Below, one piece after another: positions 31,606-41,252 of a stretch of 64,000 nucleotides of DNA. Position 1 is the stretch's first letter. Each line of letters starts with the position of its first letter. Under the pieces are notes generated by a model. It was not told the DNA's origin and ran no database searches. It worked only from the letters and a program-made list of their open reading frames with translations. The translations under genes and the position numbers were made by a program. Source of the stretch: Nitrospirota bacterium (GTDB lineage Bacteria > Nitrospirota > Thermodesulfovibrionia > Thermodesulfovibrionales > JdFR-86); assembly GCA_963721805.1 (NCBI GenBank), contig CAVRJY010000002.1:256001-320000 (forward strand). Direction: 5' to 3'.

Positions 31606-31783
31606 GGCAAACTCTAAAAATAGCTTTCTGCTGCGAGGGGCTCTGATCGCGGCATACTGTGTCATCGGGACGAAAAAGGTACTCAACGTAGCGCTGCTAC
31701 GCCTCCGTTCCTTTTTCGCCCGCTTCCTTGTCTGCCACGATCTCGCTCCCTCTCGCTTACGAAACCTATTTTTAGAGGTTGCC
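31606..31783. mobile_element. 178-bp MITE with about 23-bp terminal inverted repeats
   Basis: GGCAAACTCTAAAAATAGCTTTC ... GAAACCTATTTTTAGAGGTTGCC; no coding capacity; internal palindrome CGTAG..CTACG. Confidence 0.75.
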
Positions 31784-31991
31784 TTCTGCCATCGGAACTC
31801 GGTGGGTCACGCGGAAAACGTTTCTGAACGCATGAACACGGAGGCCGAAGAAAATGCAAGTTTTCCGTAGGGTTGGACTGTCTTTTCTCCGTTCATTTGA
31901 ACGCTCTAAAAAAAAATACGCAGGTGCGGGCGCGGTAACAATGTATATAACTAAGCCGTTGACCGCTCGCACGATTATGCAGGGGAAACTT

Positions 31992-32114
31992 AAAGCGCGA
32001 GAAATCGTCTTCAGACAAGGAACGGCGAGGAAACCGCCCGCAAGTGTACTGGGATGTACTCTGGAGGGCGTGTTTCCGAGCCGTGACGCAGTATCAAGCG
32101 ATTTGGCGCGCTTT
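31992..32114 (+). repeat. 123-bp palindromic interspersed element, copy 2
   Basis: AAAGCGCG...GTGTACTGGGATGTACTC...CGCGCTTT; homologous to 24137-24259. Confidence 0.75.
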
Positions 32115-32126
32115 GGAAAAAGGGAG

Positions 32127-34340
32127 CTAATACCGCAGAACGCGATATATGCCTTGTATCTGGTTGAGCTTGTGCATCATGGTGCTGAGTTCCGTCCTGT
32201 CGTGCACTTCGAGTATGCAGGTGATTCTGGCCTTCCGGTCCTGCCGCGAGGTGACCGCCTCGAGGTGTGTGATGTTGATCCCGGCGGCCGAGACGATGGC
32301 GCTGACCTCGGCGAGAATGCCCGGCCGGTCGGTCGTGTCGAGGCGAATGCGGGCGTATGCGTATGTATCCGGGGCGGGGGTCCACTGGACGTCGATCACG
32401 CGGGCCTCGTCCACGGCGGTGCTCTGGAAGTTCTGGCAGTCGCGGCGGTGGACGGCCACGCCCTTGCCGCGCGTGATGAACCCGACGAGCTGGTCGCCGG
32501 GGATCGGGTAGCAGCACTTCGAGGTGTGGTAGAGCACGCCGTCGATGCCGGTGATGATGATGCCCTTGAGCTCCTTCTCCTTCGCCGGGGGCTTGGGGAG
32601 CGCGGCCTCGGCCTCGCGGGCCTGCGGCTCGATGTCCGGCCTGAGTTTTTTGATGACCTGAAGCGGCGTGACCTGGCCGAAGCCTACCGCGGTCAGCAGC
32701 TCGTCGGCCGATCCGAGTTTCAGGGCGTGGGCTACGTGTTCCATCTCCGCCCCGTGCGCGAGCGACGGGCTCAGGGAATGCTTGCGGAGGTCCTCCTCCA
32801 TCAGGCGGAGGCCGAGCTCGAGGCCCTGCTTGCGCTCCTCGCCCTTGATCCACTGCTTGATGCGCGCCTTGGCGCGCGTCGTGACGACGAACTTCAGCCA
32901 GTCGCGGCTGGGCTTGTGGCCCTGCGCGGTCAGGATCTCCACCGTGTTGCCGCTCTCGAGGACGTGGCGCAGCGGGACCATCTTGCCGTTTATGCGCGCG
33001 CCGACGCACTGGTTGCCGACCTGCGTGTGGATGCCGTAGGCGAAGTCCACGGGCGTCGATCCCTGAGGGAGCTCCTTGATGTCGCCCTCGGGGGTGAAGA
33101 CGTAGATCATGTCCGGGAGGACCTCACTCTTGACGGCCTCCATGAACGCTATAGGGTCCTTCTCCTCCATCTGGTGCTGCAGGACGTCTCTGAGCCAGGA
33201 GATGTACTTGTTGTCCTTGTCGCGGAGGCCTCCGGCCTCCTTGTACCGCCAGTGGGCCGCGATGCCCTCCTCGGCTATGGAGTTCATCTCCTCGGTGCGC
33301 ACCTGAAACTCGACGCGTTCGCCTCCGGGGCCTATGACCGTGGTGTGCAGGGACTGGTACATGTTGGCCTTGGGCACGCCGATGTAGTCCTTGAACTTGC
33401 CGGGGATCGGGGTCCAGAGCGAGTGCACCAACCCGATGATCGCGTAGCAGTTGGGGTTCGTGTCGGTGATGATGCGGATGCCGAGGACGTCGTGGACCAT
33501 CTCGAACGGGATGCGCTGGCGCTGCATTTTTTGGTATATGCCGTAGTAGTGCTTGACGCGGCCCATGACCATGCCGGGCAGGACCTCCTCGATCAAACGC
33601 TGCTTGACCGTGGCCACGAGGTCGCGGATGTAGCTCTCCTGCACCTCGCGCCGCTTCTCGACCTTCTCGGCTATCTCCTCGTAGACCTTCGGCATCGCGT
33701 ACTTGAAACTGAGGTCTTCGAGTTCGGTCTTCAGCCAGCCGATGCCGAGGCGGTTGGCGAGCGGGGCGTATATGTCGAGCGTCTCCTGTGCTATTCGTTG
33801 GCGGCGCTCCTCGGAGAGGAACCCCAGCGTGCGCATGTTGTGCAGGCGGTCGGCGAACTTTATGATAACGACGCGGATGTCCTCGGCCATGCTCAGGATC
33901 ATCTTGCGGAAGTACTCGGCCTGCGCGACCTCCTTGCTCTTGAACTCCACGCGGGAGATCTTCGTGAGGCCCTCGACCAGGAACGCGAGCTCGTAGCCGA
34001 AGCGCTTCTTGATGTCCTCGGGTGTGACCGGGGTGTCCTCGACCGTGTCGTGCAGCAGGGCGGCCGCGATCGTGACGACGTCCATCTTCATGTCGGCCAG
34101 GATCGATGCGACCTCCAGCGGGTGGGTCATGTAGGGCTTGCCCTCGCTGCGCTTGGCGAGCCCGTGGGCCTCGCTCGCGAAGTAGTAGGCGCGGCTCAGG
34201 AACTCGGTGTCGGCCCCGGAGTGGTAGGAGCGTACTTTCTTGATAAGGTCGTCGATGCTCCGGACCTTTACGGGCTCGGCCGATGTCTGTCCAGGGATAG
34301 CCGTCAGGGGGATGCCCTCCATCTGTTTATTATAGGCCAA
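32127..34340 (-). CDS. spoT: Bifunctional (p)ppGpp synthetase/hydrolase (long RSH)
   Basis: HP..VA, LLHDTVED, ADRLHNMRTL, YQSLHT, EFQVRT, AAHWRYK, TGS and ACT domains. Confidence 0.95.
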   Translation of the reverse strand: MAYNKQMEGIPLTAIPGQTSAEPVKVRSIDDLIKKVRSYHSGADTEFLSRAYYFASEAHGLAKRSEGKPYMTHPLEVASILADMKMDVVTIAAALLHDTVEDTPVTPEDIKKRFGYELAFLVEGLTKISRVEFKSKEVAQAEYFRKMILSMAEDIRVVIIKFADRLHNMRTLGFLSEERRQRIAQETLDIYAPLANRLGIGWLKTELEDLSFKYAMPKVYEEIAEKVEKRREVQESYIRDLVATVKQRLIEEVLPGMVMGRVKHYYGIYQKMQRQRIPFEMVHDVLGIRIITDTNPNCYAIIGLVHSLWTPIPGKFKDYIGVPKANMYQSLHTTVIGPGGERVEFQVRTEEMNSIAEEGIAAHWRYKEAGGLRDKDNKYISWLRDVLQHQMEEKDPIAFMEAVKSEVLPDMIYVFTPEGDIKELPQGSTPVDFAYGIHTQVGNQCVGARINGKMVPLRHVLESGNTVEILTAQGHKPSRDWLKFVVTTRAKARIKQWIKGEERKQGLELGLRLMEEDLRKHSLSPSLAHGAEMEHVAHALKLGSADELLTAVGFGQVTPLQVIKKLRPDIEPQAREAEAALPKPPAKEKELKGIIITGIDGVLYHTSKCCYPIPGDQLVGFITRGKGVAVHRRDCQNFQSTAVDEARVIDVQWTPAPDTYAYARIRLDTTDRPGILAEVSAIVSAAGINITHLEAVTSRQDRKARITCILEVHDRTELSTMMHKLNQIQGIYRVLRY

Positions 34341-34430
34341 CGCATTGGAAATGTGGGGACGCCGGCGGTTTCGCAGCCTATGGCAATGGCGCGGGCGCTG
34401 GGGTATAATCAGATAACAAGGAGGAGCGCC

Positions 34431-35234
34431 ATGTCACTGTCGATCAACACGAATATCCCTTCGGCCGGGAATGCCGCGTCCGAGGCGATGCAGTCGCTGT
34501 TTAAGAAGCTCTCGTCCGGGTCGGGCATCAACTCGGCCGCGGACAACCCGGCCGGGCTCGCGATAGTGCAGGCAATGCGCGCTGACATACTGAGCACGAA
34601 CACGGCGATCAATAACGCGCAGGAAGGCTACGGCATGGCGGAGGTCGCCGGGGGCGCACTTGGGACGATCACCGAGACGCTGACCAGCATGCGCGAGCTT
34701 GCGATGCAGTCGGCCAACGGCACGCTCAGCGCCTCGGATCGCCAGGCCATAAACCAGCAGTTCAGCGAGCTTGCAAGCTCCATCGACGCCACCGCGAACT
34801 CGACCGAGTATAACGGAACGAACCTGCTTGCCAATGGCTCGCAGACGACGCTTCAAGTCGGGACTGGAAGCTCGGCCCAGAGCCAGATGACCATCAATAT
34901 AGCGGCCTCCGGCACCGCGGCCCTCGGCGTCGCCGGGGACGTTTCCACGCAGGGCGCGGCGCAAAAGATGCTCGATATCATAGACGAGGCGATAGGGAAA
35001 GTCAGCGCGAACAACGCCAGCATCGGGGCCGCCCAGAACACGTTAAGCTCCACGCTTGCGGGCCTTGCGTCGTCATATACCAACGAGCAGGCCTCGGTGA
35101 GCGCGATAGGGGATACGGACTACGCGGCCGCGACCGCCGAGCTGGTCAAAAACAGCCTCATGCAGCAGGTTAACGTTGCGGTGCAGGCTCAGGCCAACGT
35201 CCTGCCCGAGCAGGCGCTCAAGCTCTTGCAGTAA
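34431..35234 (+). CDS. Flagellin-family protein (267 aa, minimal D0/D1)
   Basis: MSLSINTN..LSSG..INSAADNPAGLAI; MRELAMQSANGT; DTDYA..QANVLP..ALKLL; SD AAGGAGG. Confidence 0.9.
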   Translation: MSLSINTNIPSAGNAASEAMQSLFKKLSSGSGINSAADNPAGLAIVQAMRADILSTNTAINNAQEGYGMAEVAGGALGTITETLTSMRELAMQSANGTLSASDRQAINQQFSELASSIDATANSTEYNGTNLLANGSQTTLQVGTGSSAQSQMTINIAASGTAALGVAGDVSTQGAAQKMLDIIDEAIGKVSANNASIGAAQNTLSSTLAGLASSYTNEQASVSAIGDTDYAAATAELVKNSLMQQVNVAVQAQANVLPEQALKLLQ

Positions 35235-37815
35235 GCTCCGCGACCTTGCGCTGTACGAGGTCGGCGTACCGCTGGTAGGCACCGTCCATATCCGGTTCGG
35301 CCGCGGGCGGCGGGACCGGATCCCCGATTGTCACGGTTATGCGGCCATGAAGCGCGGGCCATGCCTTATGCCGCGGCCATGCCTCGTATGTCCCGGTGAT
35401 CCGGATCGGCACGACCGGGACGTTTAACCTGTGGCTGAGGATGCCGATGCCCTTCCTGAAGCGCATAATCCTGCCGTCGAACGAGCGTCCGCCCTCCGGG
35501 AATATGAACAGCCCCTGGCCCCGGCGCAGAACGAACGCCGAGGCCTGAAGCGCAGCGCCGAGCGCGCTGTCCGGGTCTATCGGGATGATGTGTCCGAGCC
35601 TCGCGCCGAACGCCCCGAGCCCGGCCTCGAAGTACTTGCTGTCGCCCTGCATGTACATCTCGCGAAACGCCGCGAGTGGCAGCGCCGCGCCGATGACGAA
35701 CCCGTCATAGTAGCTCGAGTGGTTCGCCACGGCTATGAACGGCATCCGGGGCAGGCTGCCGCGAACTTTAAGACCGTATAGCAGCCTGAAGTAGACCTTC
35801 AGACCCGCGAGCACCGGCACCGCGATCAGCGCCCATGCGAGCGCGCCGCGGTCAACGCCGGAGGCGTGCTTGATATCATCGGAGGGTTCGCGGTTCAGTA
35901 TGGTATCGAGCGCGTCAGAGCGCGGCTCCCTTGACGTGGCAGCCGCACCGCCGCTGACGATCAGGCGGATGCGGTCCAGCAGCTCGCTCACGGTATGGAT
36001 CTCGGCCATCATCCCCTCGGGCAGCGATATCCCGAAGGCCGACTCTATGGATACCGCGAGCTCCACGCGCTTGAGCGAATCGATGCCGAGGTCGAGCTCA
36101 AGGTTGTCCGAAGGCCGCACGGAGACGCCGTCCTCGATGAATGACTTGATGCAGCCCAGAAGCAGCCTGCCTTGCGGATCATTGAGCAGCGCGGTCTCGC
36201 CCTCGGCCTCATGCCGCCGCTCGACGGCCTCGGGCTTGATCATGAACCGCCGGAGCTTGCCGAGCGGGGTGCGCGGAAGCGGAGTGGTCGAGACCGAGAA
36301 CCCCATCACGCGCATATGGGGCGGCAGCCCGGAGGAGTGCTGCGTGATCTGCCATTTGATCGCCTCGCTCACGTTGCCGATTTTCTCGGCCTTGGCGTAC
36401 TCCATATCAGGTACTACCACCGCGTGGAGCCTGCCGGCGTGCTGCATCACGCAGAGCTCCTTTATGAGTGGGATCTTCAGGTAATGCGCCTCGACCTCCT
36501 CGGGGTATACGTTTTTGCCCGAGCCAAGGACGATGACCTCCTTGAGCCTCCCGGTGATGAAGACGTATCCTTCCGGGTCGACGTACCCCAGGTCGCCGCT
36601 TCTGAACCATCCGTCTTTGAGGACTTTAGCGGTATCGATAGGCCGCTTGTAGTAGCCGGCCATGACCATCGGCCCCTTGATCGCGATCTCGCCCTCGCCG
36701 CTTTCTGAGGGTTCGAGGACCATTATCTCCGCACCCGGAAGCGCGATGCCTACGGAGCCCGGCTTCCTGCGCCGGGGTGGCGTGAAGCAGACGATAGGGG
36801 AGGTCTCGGTCAGGCCGTAGCCCTCCAGCACGGTGAAGCCTAGCGATTCAAGCGAGGCCATCACCGAGGGGTCGAGCCTCGCGCCGCCCGAGGCGAGGAA
36901 CCTGAACTGCCCTCCGAGCGGACTGAGTATCATAGCCATCAGGTTCAGCCCGCTGGCCTTGCGGATGATTGAGGCGGCGCTTATAAATCCCCGCATCGCG
37001 CGGCTCAGGACGTATGGGAGCGCCCCGATTTTTTCGATCAGCCTTTTATTCAGGAGCTCCAGGAGCAGGGGCACTGCGACGAGCACCGTGCCGCCGGTCT
37101 CCTTAGAGGCCGCGACGATCTCCGGCCCCTTAAGCCCGGCGGGGTAAGTTATACGCGCCCCGAGCAGGGCGGGCAGGACGAACGTGCCCATGAACGCATA
37201 GGTGTGGTGCAGCGGCAGGACCGCGAGAATGTTGTCAGCCGATGATACGATATCGAGCCCGGCCACCGCGCGCGCGTCAGAGAGCAGGTTGCCGTGCGTG
37301 AGCATCACGCCCTTCGGAGCGCCCGTGGTGCCGGAGGTATAGAGGATCGCGGCGAGGTCGTCAGGGCCTTTCGTAATCTCTGTGAGATCCGAAGGCGCGT
37401 CCCAGTCCATCGCGTCCATATCGAGCACCCGAATGCCGCCGTCAAGCTTGGAGACGGCCTCTCTGACCACAGGGAGCGCGTCGCCCGAGGTCACGACTAT
37501 GCGCGCGGAGGAGTCCTCGATGATGTTCCGGATCTCGGGCGCTGTGAGGCGCGCGTCCATCGGCACGAGTATCGAGCCAAGCATGAGCGCGCCCCAGTAC
37601 GACGCCAGCCACTCCGGGCGGTTCGGCGCGATGAGCGCCACGCGCGTACCCTCCGCAGCCCCGGCATCCGCGAGCGACCGTGCGGCCGCCCGCGCCATGT
37701 CATGGAACTCGCGGTAGGTGATCGAGCGCCACTGCCCGCCTCTTATGTGGTTGATCGTGATGCGGTTGGAATTCAGGAGTGCGGCCTCTCTAAGGGCCGC
37801 GTGCAGCGAGTTCAC
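35218..37815 (-). CDS. Fused long-chain acyl-CoA/ACP ligase + acyl carrier domain + PlsC-type acyltransferase
   Basis: YTSGTTGAPKG, GYGLTE, LGIDSL (phosphopantetheine site), NHSSYYD, FPEG; GTG 37815 overlaps the upstream stop. Confidence 0.88.
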   Translation of the reverse strand: MNSLHAALREAALLNSNRITINHIRGGQWRSITYREFHDMARAAARSLADAGAAEGTRVALIAPNRPEWLASYWGALMLGSILVPMDARLTAPEIRNIIEDSSARIVVTSGDALPVVREAVSKLDGGIRVLDMDAMDWDAPSDLTEITKGPDDLAAILYTSGTTGAPKGVMLTHGNLLSDARAVAGLDIVSSADNILAVLPLHHTYAFMGTFVLPALLGARITYPAGLKGPEIVAASKETGGTVLVAVPLLLELLNKRLIEKIGALPYVLSRAMRGFISAASIIRKASGLNLMAMILSPLGGQFRFLASGGARLDPSVMASLESLGFTVLEGYGLTETSPIVCFTPPRRRKPGSVGIALPGAEIMVLEPSESGEGEIAIKGPMVMAGYYKRPIDTAKVLKDGWFRSGDLGYVDPEGYVFITGRLKEVIVLGSGKNVYPEEVEAHYLKIPLIKELCVMQHAGRLHAVVVPDMEYAKAEKIGNVSEAIKWQITQHSSGLPPHMRVMGFSVSTTPLPRTPLGKLRRFMIKPEAVERRHEAEGETALLNDPQGRLLLGCIKSFIEDGVSVRPSDNLELDLGIDSLKRVELAVSIESAFGISLPEGMMAEIHTVSELLDRIRLIVSGGAAATSREPRSDALDTILNREPSDDIKHASGVDRGALAWALIAVPVLAGLKVYFRLLYGLKVRGSLPRMPFIAVANHSSYYDGFVIGAALPLAAFREMYMQGDSKYFEAGLGAFGARLGHIIPIDPDSALGAALQASAFVLRRGQGLFIFPEGGRSFDGRIMRFRKGIGILSHRLNVPVVPIRITGTYEAWPRHKAWPALHGRITVTIGDPVPPPAAEPDMDGAYQRYADLVQRKVAELTARA

Positions 37816-38594
37816 CTGTGAAGAATCCCGAGCGCCTTGTGGTGCAGTGCGGTGTTTGCCGCGGCGAGCACCGAGACGCTGCGCTCGAGCCCGAGCGCGA
37901 CATGTCCGATATCCCGGCCCCCGGCATCCGTGACGATCCCGCCGGCCTCGCGTATTATCAGCCACCCGGCAGCGAAATCCACGCTCCGCGATTTCATGGG
38001 AGTGACGAAGACGCTCACCGTGCCGGAGGCGACATAGGCCAGGTCGAGCGCCAGCGCGCCGAGGCAGCGTGTGCGCCGGGCCGCGCTCAGAAGCGGCGAG
38101 ATCAGCGGCAGGTCGCGGGCCGGGCTTTGGGTCTCGTATGCCGCGAGCCTGAGCGTGTCGTCCTGCTGCATGACACACCTCTCATCGCCCTGATACGCAA
38201 CGCCCGCGCCTTTGGTTGCGTGGAACTCATCGCCGGACACGATATTGAGCACGTATGCGTATTGTATGTCGTCAAGCGTGGGGCCGTTTGCGATGGCTAT
38301 CGATGTGCCGTAGTAGGGCAGGCCCGAGAGCGCGTTTTTGCTCCCGTCTATCGGGTCTACGAGCGCGATCATCCCGCCGCCGTTAAGCTGCACGGTGCCG
38401 GCCTCTTCCGAGATGACCGTGATCGGCACACCGGAAGCGCGCAGCCCTTCGATGATGATCCCCTCGGCCCTGCGGTCGACCTCGAACGTGATGTCCCCGC
38501 CCGCGCCCCGGGCCGTGCCTTCGGTCACGCGCGTGTCCATGCCCCTTATTGATTGAAGCAGACTGTGGCCTATGCCCCTTAGTATGTCGATCAT
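37812..38594 (-). CDS. Inositol monophosphatase/FBPase family
   Basis: SEE, VDPIDGS.N, GALALDLAYVA, DFAAG. Confidence 0.9.
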   Translation of the reverse strand: MIDILRGIGHSLLQSIRGMDTRVTEGTARGAGGDITFEVDRRAEGIIIEGLRASGVPITVISEEAGTVQLNGGGMIALVDPIDGSKNALSGLPYYGTSIAIANGPTLDDIQYAYVLNIVSGDEFHATKGAGVAYQGDERCVMQQDDTLRLAAYETQSPARDLPLISPLLSAARRTRCLGALALDLAYVASGTVSVFVTPMKSRSVDFAAGWLIIREAGGIVTDAGGRDIGHVALGLERSVSVLAAANTALHHKALGILHR

Positions 38595-38656
38595 ATGCCT
38601 GATATTGTACGCGATAATTTGGGTTGACACCAGCGGGACGAGGCATGTTAGGGTAG

Positions 38657-39154
38657 ATGATGAAATTTATGGCTGTCGCCCTGGCATTGTTCGTAATGAC
38701 CGTGCTATCGGGGTGCGAGCACGCCAAGCCGCCGCTGAAGATCGGCGACCCCCTGCCTGCCCTCACGCTGCCCTCAATAGACGGTTTTCAGATGGAGCTC
38801 CCTGCCGCGATCAAGGGCAAGGTAACGGTGATCCTATTTTGGGAGGAGGGCTGCCGCTACTGCGAGCGCGGGATGCCTGACATCGTCTCGGTCTATGACA
38901 AGCTCAAGGACAAGGGGTTTCAGTTCGTAGCCATTCAGATCGGCGGGAGCCCTGGAGCGTCCGAGGAGTTCAAGAAGAGGTTCGGGATAACTTTCCCGAT
39001 GCTGCACGACCCGAAATCCGCTATAATCGATCTATACGGGATCGCCGGCGTGCCGACGATGTTCCTGGTCGATAAGGCCGGGATCGTGCAGGAGAAGATA
39101 CTCGGGGGGCTCGACGGCCCCGGTATAGAGGAACTGGTCAAGCCGAGGCTCTGA
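38657..39154 (+). CDS. TlpA-like thioredoxin lipoprotein
   Basis: Lipobox LSGC, CRYC active site, GVPT. Confidence 0.88.
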   Translation: MMKFMAVALALFVMTVLSGCEHAKPPLKIGDPLPALTLPSIDGFQMELPAAIKGKVTVILFWEEGCRYCERGMPDIVSVYDKLKDKGFQFVAIQIGGSPGASEEFKKRFGITFPMLHDPKSAIIDLYGIAGVPTMFLVDKAGIVQEKILGGLDGPGIEELVKPRL

Positions 39155-39182
39155 GGGCCGCAACCGCAAGGAGCGTTCAACG

Positions 39183-39650
39183 ATGAAGAAATGCCTTGTA
39201 GCCGTCTGCCTGCTGATCGCGTTTTCAGCGTCCGCGGCGTTGGGGGCCGAGATCAAGCCGTCTAAAAAAGATAAGTGCCCTGTCTGCGGGATGCTCGTCT
39301 ATATGTACCCTGACTGGGCCTCGAAGATCGCGTTCAAGGATGGCGCGACAGTATATTTCGACGGGCCGAAGGACATGATGCGCTATTATCTGGATATGGC
39401 GAAGTACGCCAAGGGGCGCTCCGGGGCCGACGTCGCCGAGATGCTCGTCACAGAGTACTACGACCTCACGCCGGTTGACGCCAGGAGCGCGTGGTTCGTG
39501 GCCGGAAGCGACGTCATGGGCCCGATGGGCCCGGAGCTCGTGCCGTTTAAGACCGAGGCCCAGGCCGCTGACTTCAAGCGCGACCACAAAGGCAGGGCGA
39601 TATATAAATTCAGCGACGTCACCTCTGCGGTGATGAAGGACGTTCAATAG
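39183..39650 (+). CDS. nosL: NosL-family periplasmic metal chaperone
   Basis: CPVCGM, FDGPKDM, GSDVMGPMG.ELVPF. Confidence 0.85.
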   Translation: MKKCLVAVCLLIAFSASAALGAEIKPSKKDKCPVCGMLVYMYPDWASKIAFKDGATVYFDGPKDMMRYYLDMAKYAKGRSGADVAEMLVTEYYDLTPVDARSAWFVAGSDVMGPMGPELVPFKTEAQAADFKRDHKGRAIYKFSDVTSAVMKDVQ

Positions 39651-39652
39651 CA

Positions 39653-39961
39653 TTGCGCAAGTCCGGCGTCTTCACCGCATGGGTCGCGGCGTGCGCCCTC
39701 CTTTGGGCCGCGCTATATGCGCACTCGCTCGCAACGCGGGCTGACGGCATCAGGCGGCTCGCGCTGATGGAGCGGCAGGTCGAGGCCTACGGCCTGACCG
39801 ACCTGTGCATCTTCACCGAGGCCCGGTACACGCGCAACCCGGCGGTCGCGGATTTCTGGACCGCGTTTCAGGACCACCCGGCATCGCTTGAGCACTTTCC
39901 CTCCGGCTCGCTGATGGAGCCGCCTCCGCATCTTCTGCACAGGGGGCGAAATGAGCGATGA
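39653..39961 (+). CDS. Hypothetical membrane-anchored protein
   Basis: N-terminal TM; GLTDLCIFTEARYTR..FQDHP..EHFPSGS; tight operon spacing. Confidence 0.65.
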   Translation: MRKSGVFTAWVAACALLWAALYAHSLATRADGIRRLALMERQVEAYGLTDLCIFTEARYTRNPAVADFWTAFQDHPASLEHFPSGSLMEPPPHLLHRGRNER

Positions 39962-40031
39962 GCGGACTGAAATTAATATGAGCGATGAGCGGTCTGAAAT
40001 TAAAAAAAACGATGAGCGGTCTGAGATTAAC
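39951..40031 (+). repeat. 3 x 27-bp imperfect tandem repeat at the permease 5' end
   Basis: Core CGATGAGCGG(A/T)CTGA(A/G)ATTAA x3, encoding MSDERTEIN-MSDERSEIK-KNDERSEIN. Confidence 0.85.
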
Positions 40032-41171
40032 GCGCGCGGTGAGATCGAGCGCCACCGCCACATACTCGACTTCGCGCTTTCGTCGATCTTAAGGCGCAAG
40101 GGCCGCAACGCCGCGCTGCTCGTCGTATACGCGGGCGTGATATTCCTTTTGGCCTCTGCGGTGTTCTTCACGGACGCGATCAGGCGCGAGGCGGCCGCGG
40201 TGCTTCAGGGCTCGCCCGAGCTGCTGGTGCAGCGGCTCGAGGCCGGACGCCACGCCCTGATCCCGGCCTCATACGCCGACACTATCCGCTCGATCCGCGG
40301 CGTAAGCTCTGTCACGCCGCGGCTCTGGGGGTATTACTTCGACCCCGTGGCGGGCGCAAACTATACCGTGGTCGTACCTGCCTCGTTCCCGCACCCGGCC
40401 GGCGAGATCGTCATAGGCTCGGGCCTCGCCCGCGTCAGGCGCGCCGAGCCCGGAGACCTCACCTACATCCGCACGTACGACGGCAAGATGCTCAGGCTCA
40501 AGGTCGCCGGGATACTGAGTTCCGATTCCGAGCTCGTATCGGCCGACATGATCCTGATGGGCGAGGCGGACTTCCGCGCCCTGTTCGGCACGCCGGAGGG
40601 CATGGCCACGGACCTCGCGGTTCTGGCCAGAAACCCGGCCGAGCACGCCACAATCGCCGGGAAGATCAGCGACCTGCTCCCGGATGCGAGGCCGATCCTG
40701 CGCTCCGAGATCCTGCGCACGTACCAAAGCGTCTTCGACTGGCGCGGCGGCGTGATGCTCGCACTGCTGGCCGGGGCGGTACTGGCGTTCATCATATTCG
40801 CGTGGGACCGCGCGGCCGGGCTCAGCGCCGAGGAGCGGCGCGAGATCGGCATACTCAAGGCCATCGGCTGGGAAACCTCCGACGTCCTGCTCCTGAAGTT
40901 CTGGGAGGGAACGGTAATATCCCTTAGCGCGTTTCTGGTCGGAGGGGCGCTGGCATACGTGCACGTCTTCATGGGCTCGGCCTCGCTGTTCGCCCCGGTG
41001 CTCAAGGGCTGGAGCGTGCTGTACCCCGAGTTCAGGCTCGTGCCCCAGATGAACTTCTCGGAGATCGGGACGCTGTTTTTCCTCACGGTCGTGCCGTATA
41101 CCGTCGCGACGGTCGTGCCGTCGTGGAGGGCCGCTACGGTCGACCCCGACTCGGTGATGAGATCGCAATGA
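39951..41171 (+). CDS. FtsX/LolE-like ABC transporter permease
   Basis: 4-TM layout with periplasmic domain, RREIGILKAIGW. Confidence 0.9.
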   Translation: MSDERTEINMSDERSEIKKNDERSEINARGEIERHRHILDFALSSILRRKGRNAALLVVYAGVIFLLASAVFFTDAIRREAAAVLQGSPELLVQRLEAGRHALIPASYADTIRSIRGVSSVTPRLWGYYFDPVAGANYTVVVPASFPHPAGEIVIGSGLARVRRAEPGDLTYIRTYDGKMLRLKVAGILSSDSELVSADMILMGEADFRALFGTPEGMATDLAVLARNPAEHATIAGKISDLLPDARPILRSEILRTYQSVFDWRGGVMLALLAGAVLAFIIFAWDRAAGLSAEERREIGILKAIGWETSDVLLLKFWEGTVISLSAFLVGGALAYVHVFMGSASLFAPVLKGWSVLYPEFRLVPQMNFSEIGTLFFLTVVPYTVATVVPSWRAATVDPDSVMRSQ

Positions 41172-41252
41172 TAGAGCTCGACGGCATAATGATATTCGAA
41201 ACAAATTCTCGCTGTGCTCGAATTTGTTTCGGGATAGGGAACATTTAAATTA

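Noticed and set aside
31854..34430. 1126-aa ORF that looks like a giant flagellin fusion
   Set aside because: The N-terminal ~860 aa are the antisense shadow of spoT; the flagellin has its own SD and ATG at 34431.
37816..38178. 121-aa N-terminal extension of the acyl ligase ORF
   Set aside because: It overlaps the IMPase gene in another frame and is Arg/Ala-rich junk; a GTGA-coupled start exists at 37815.
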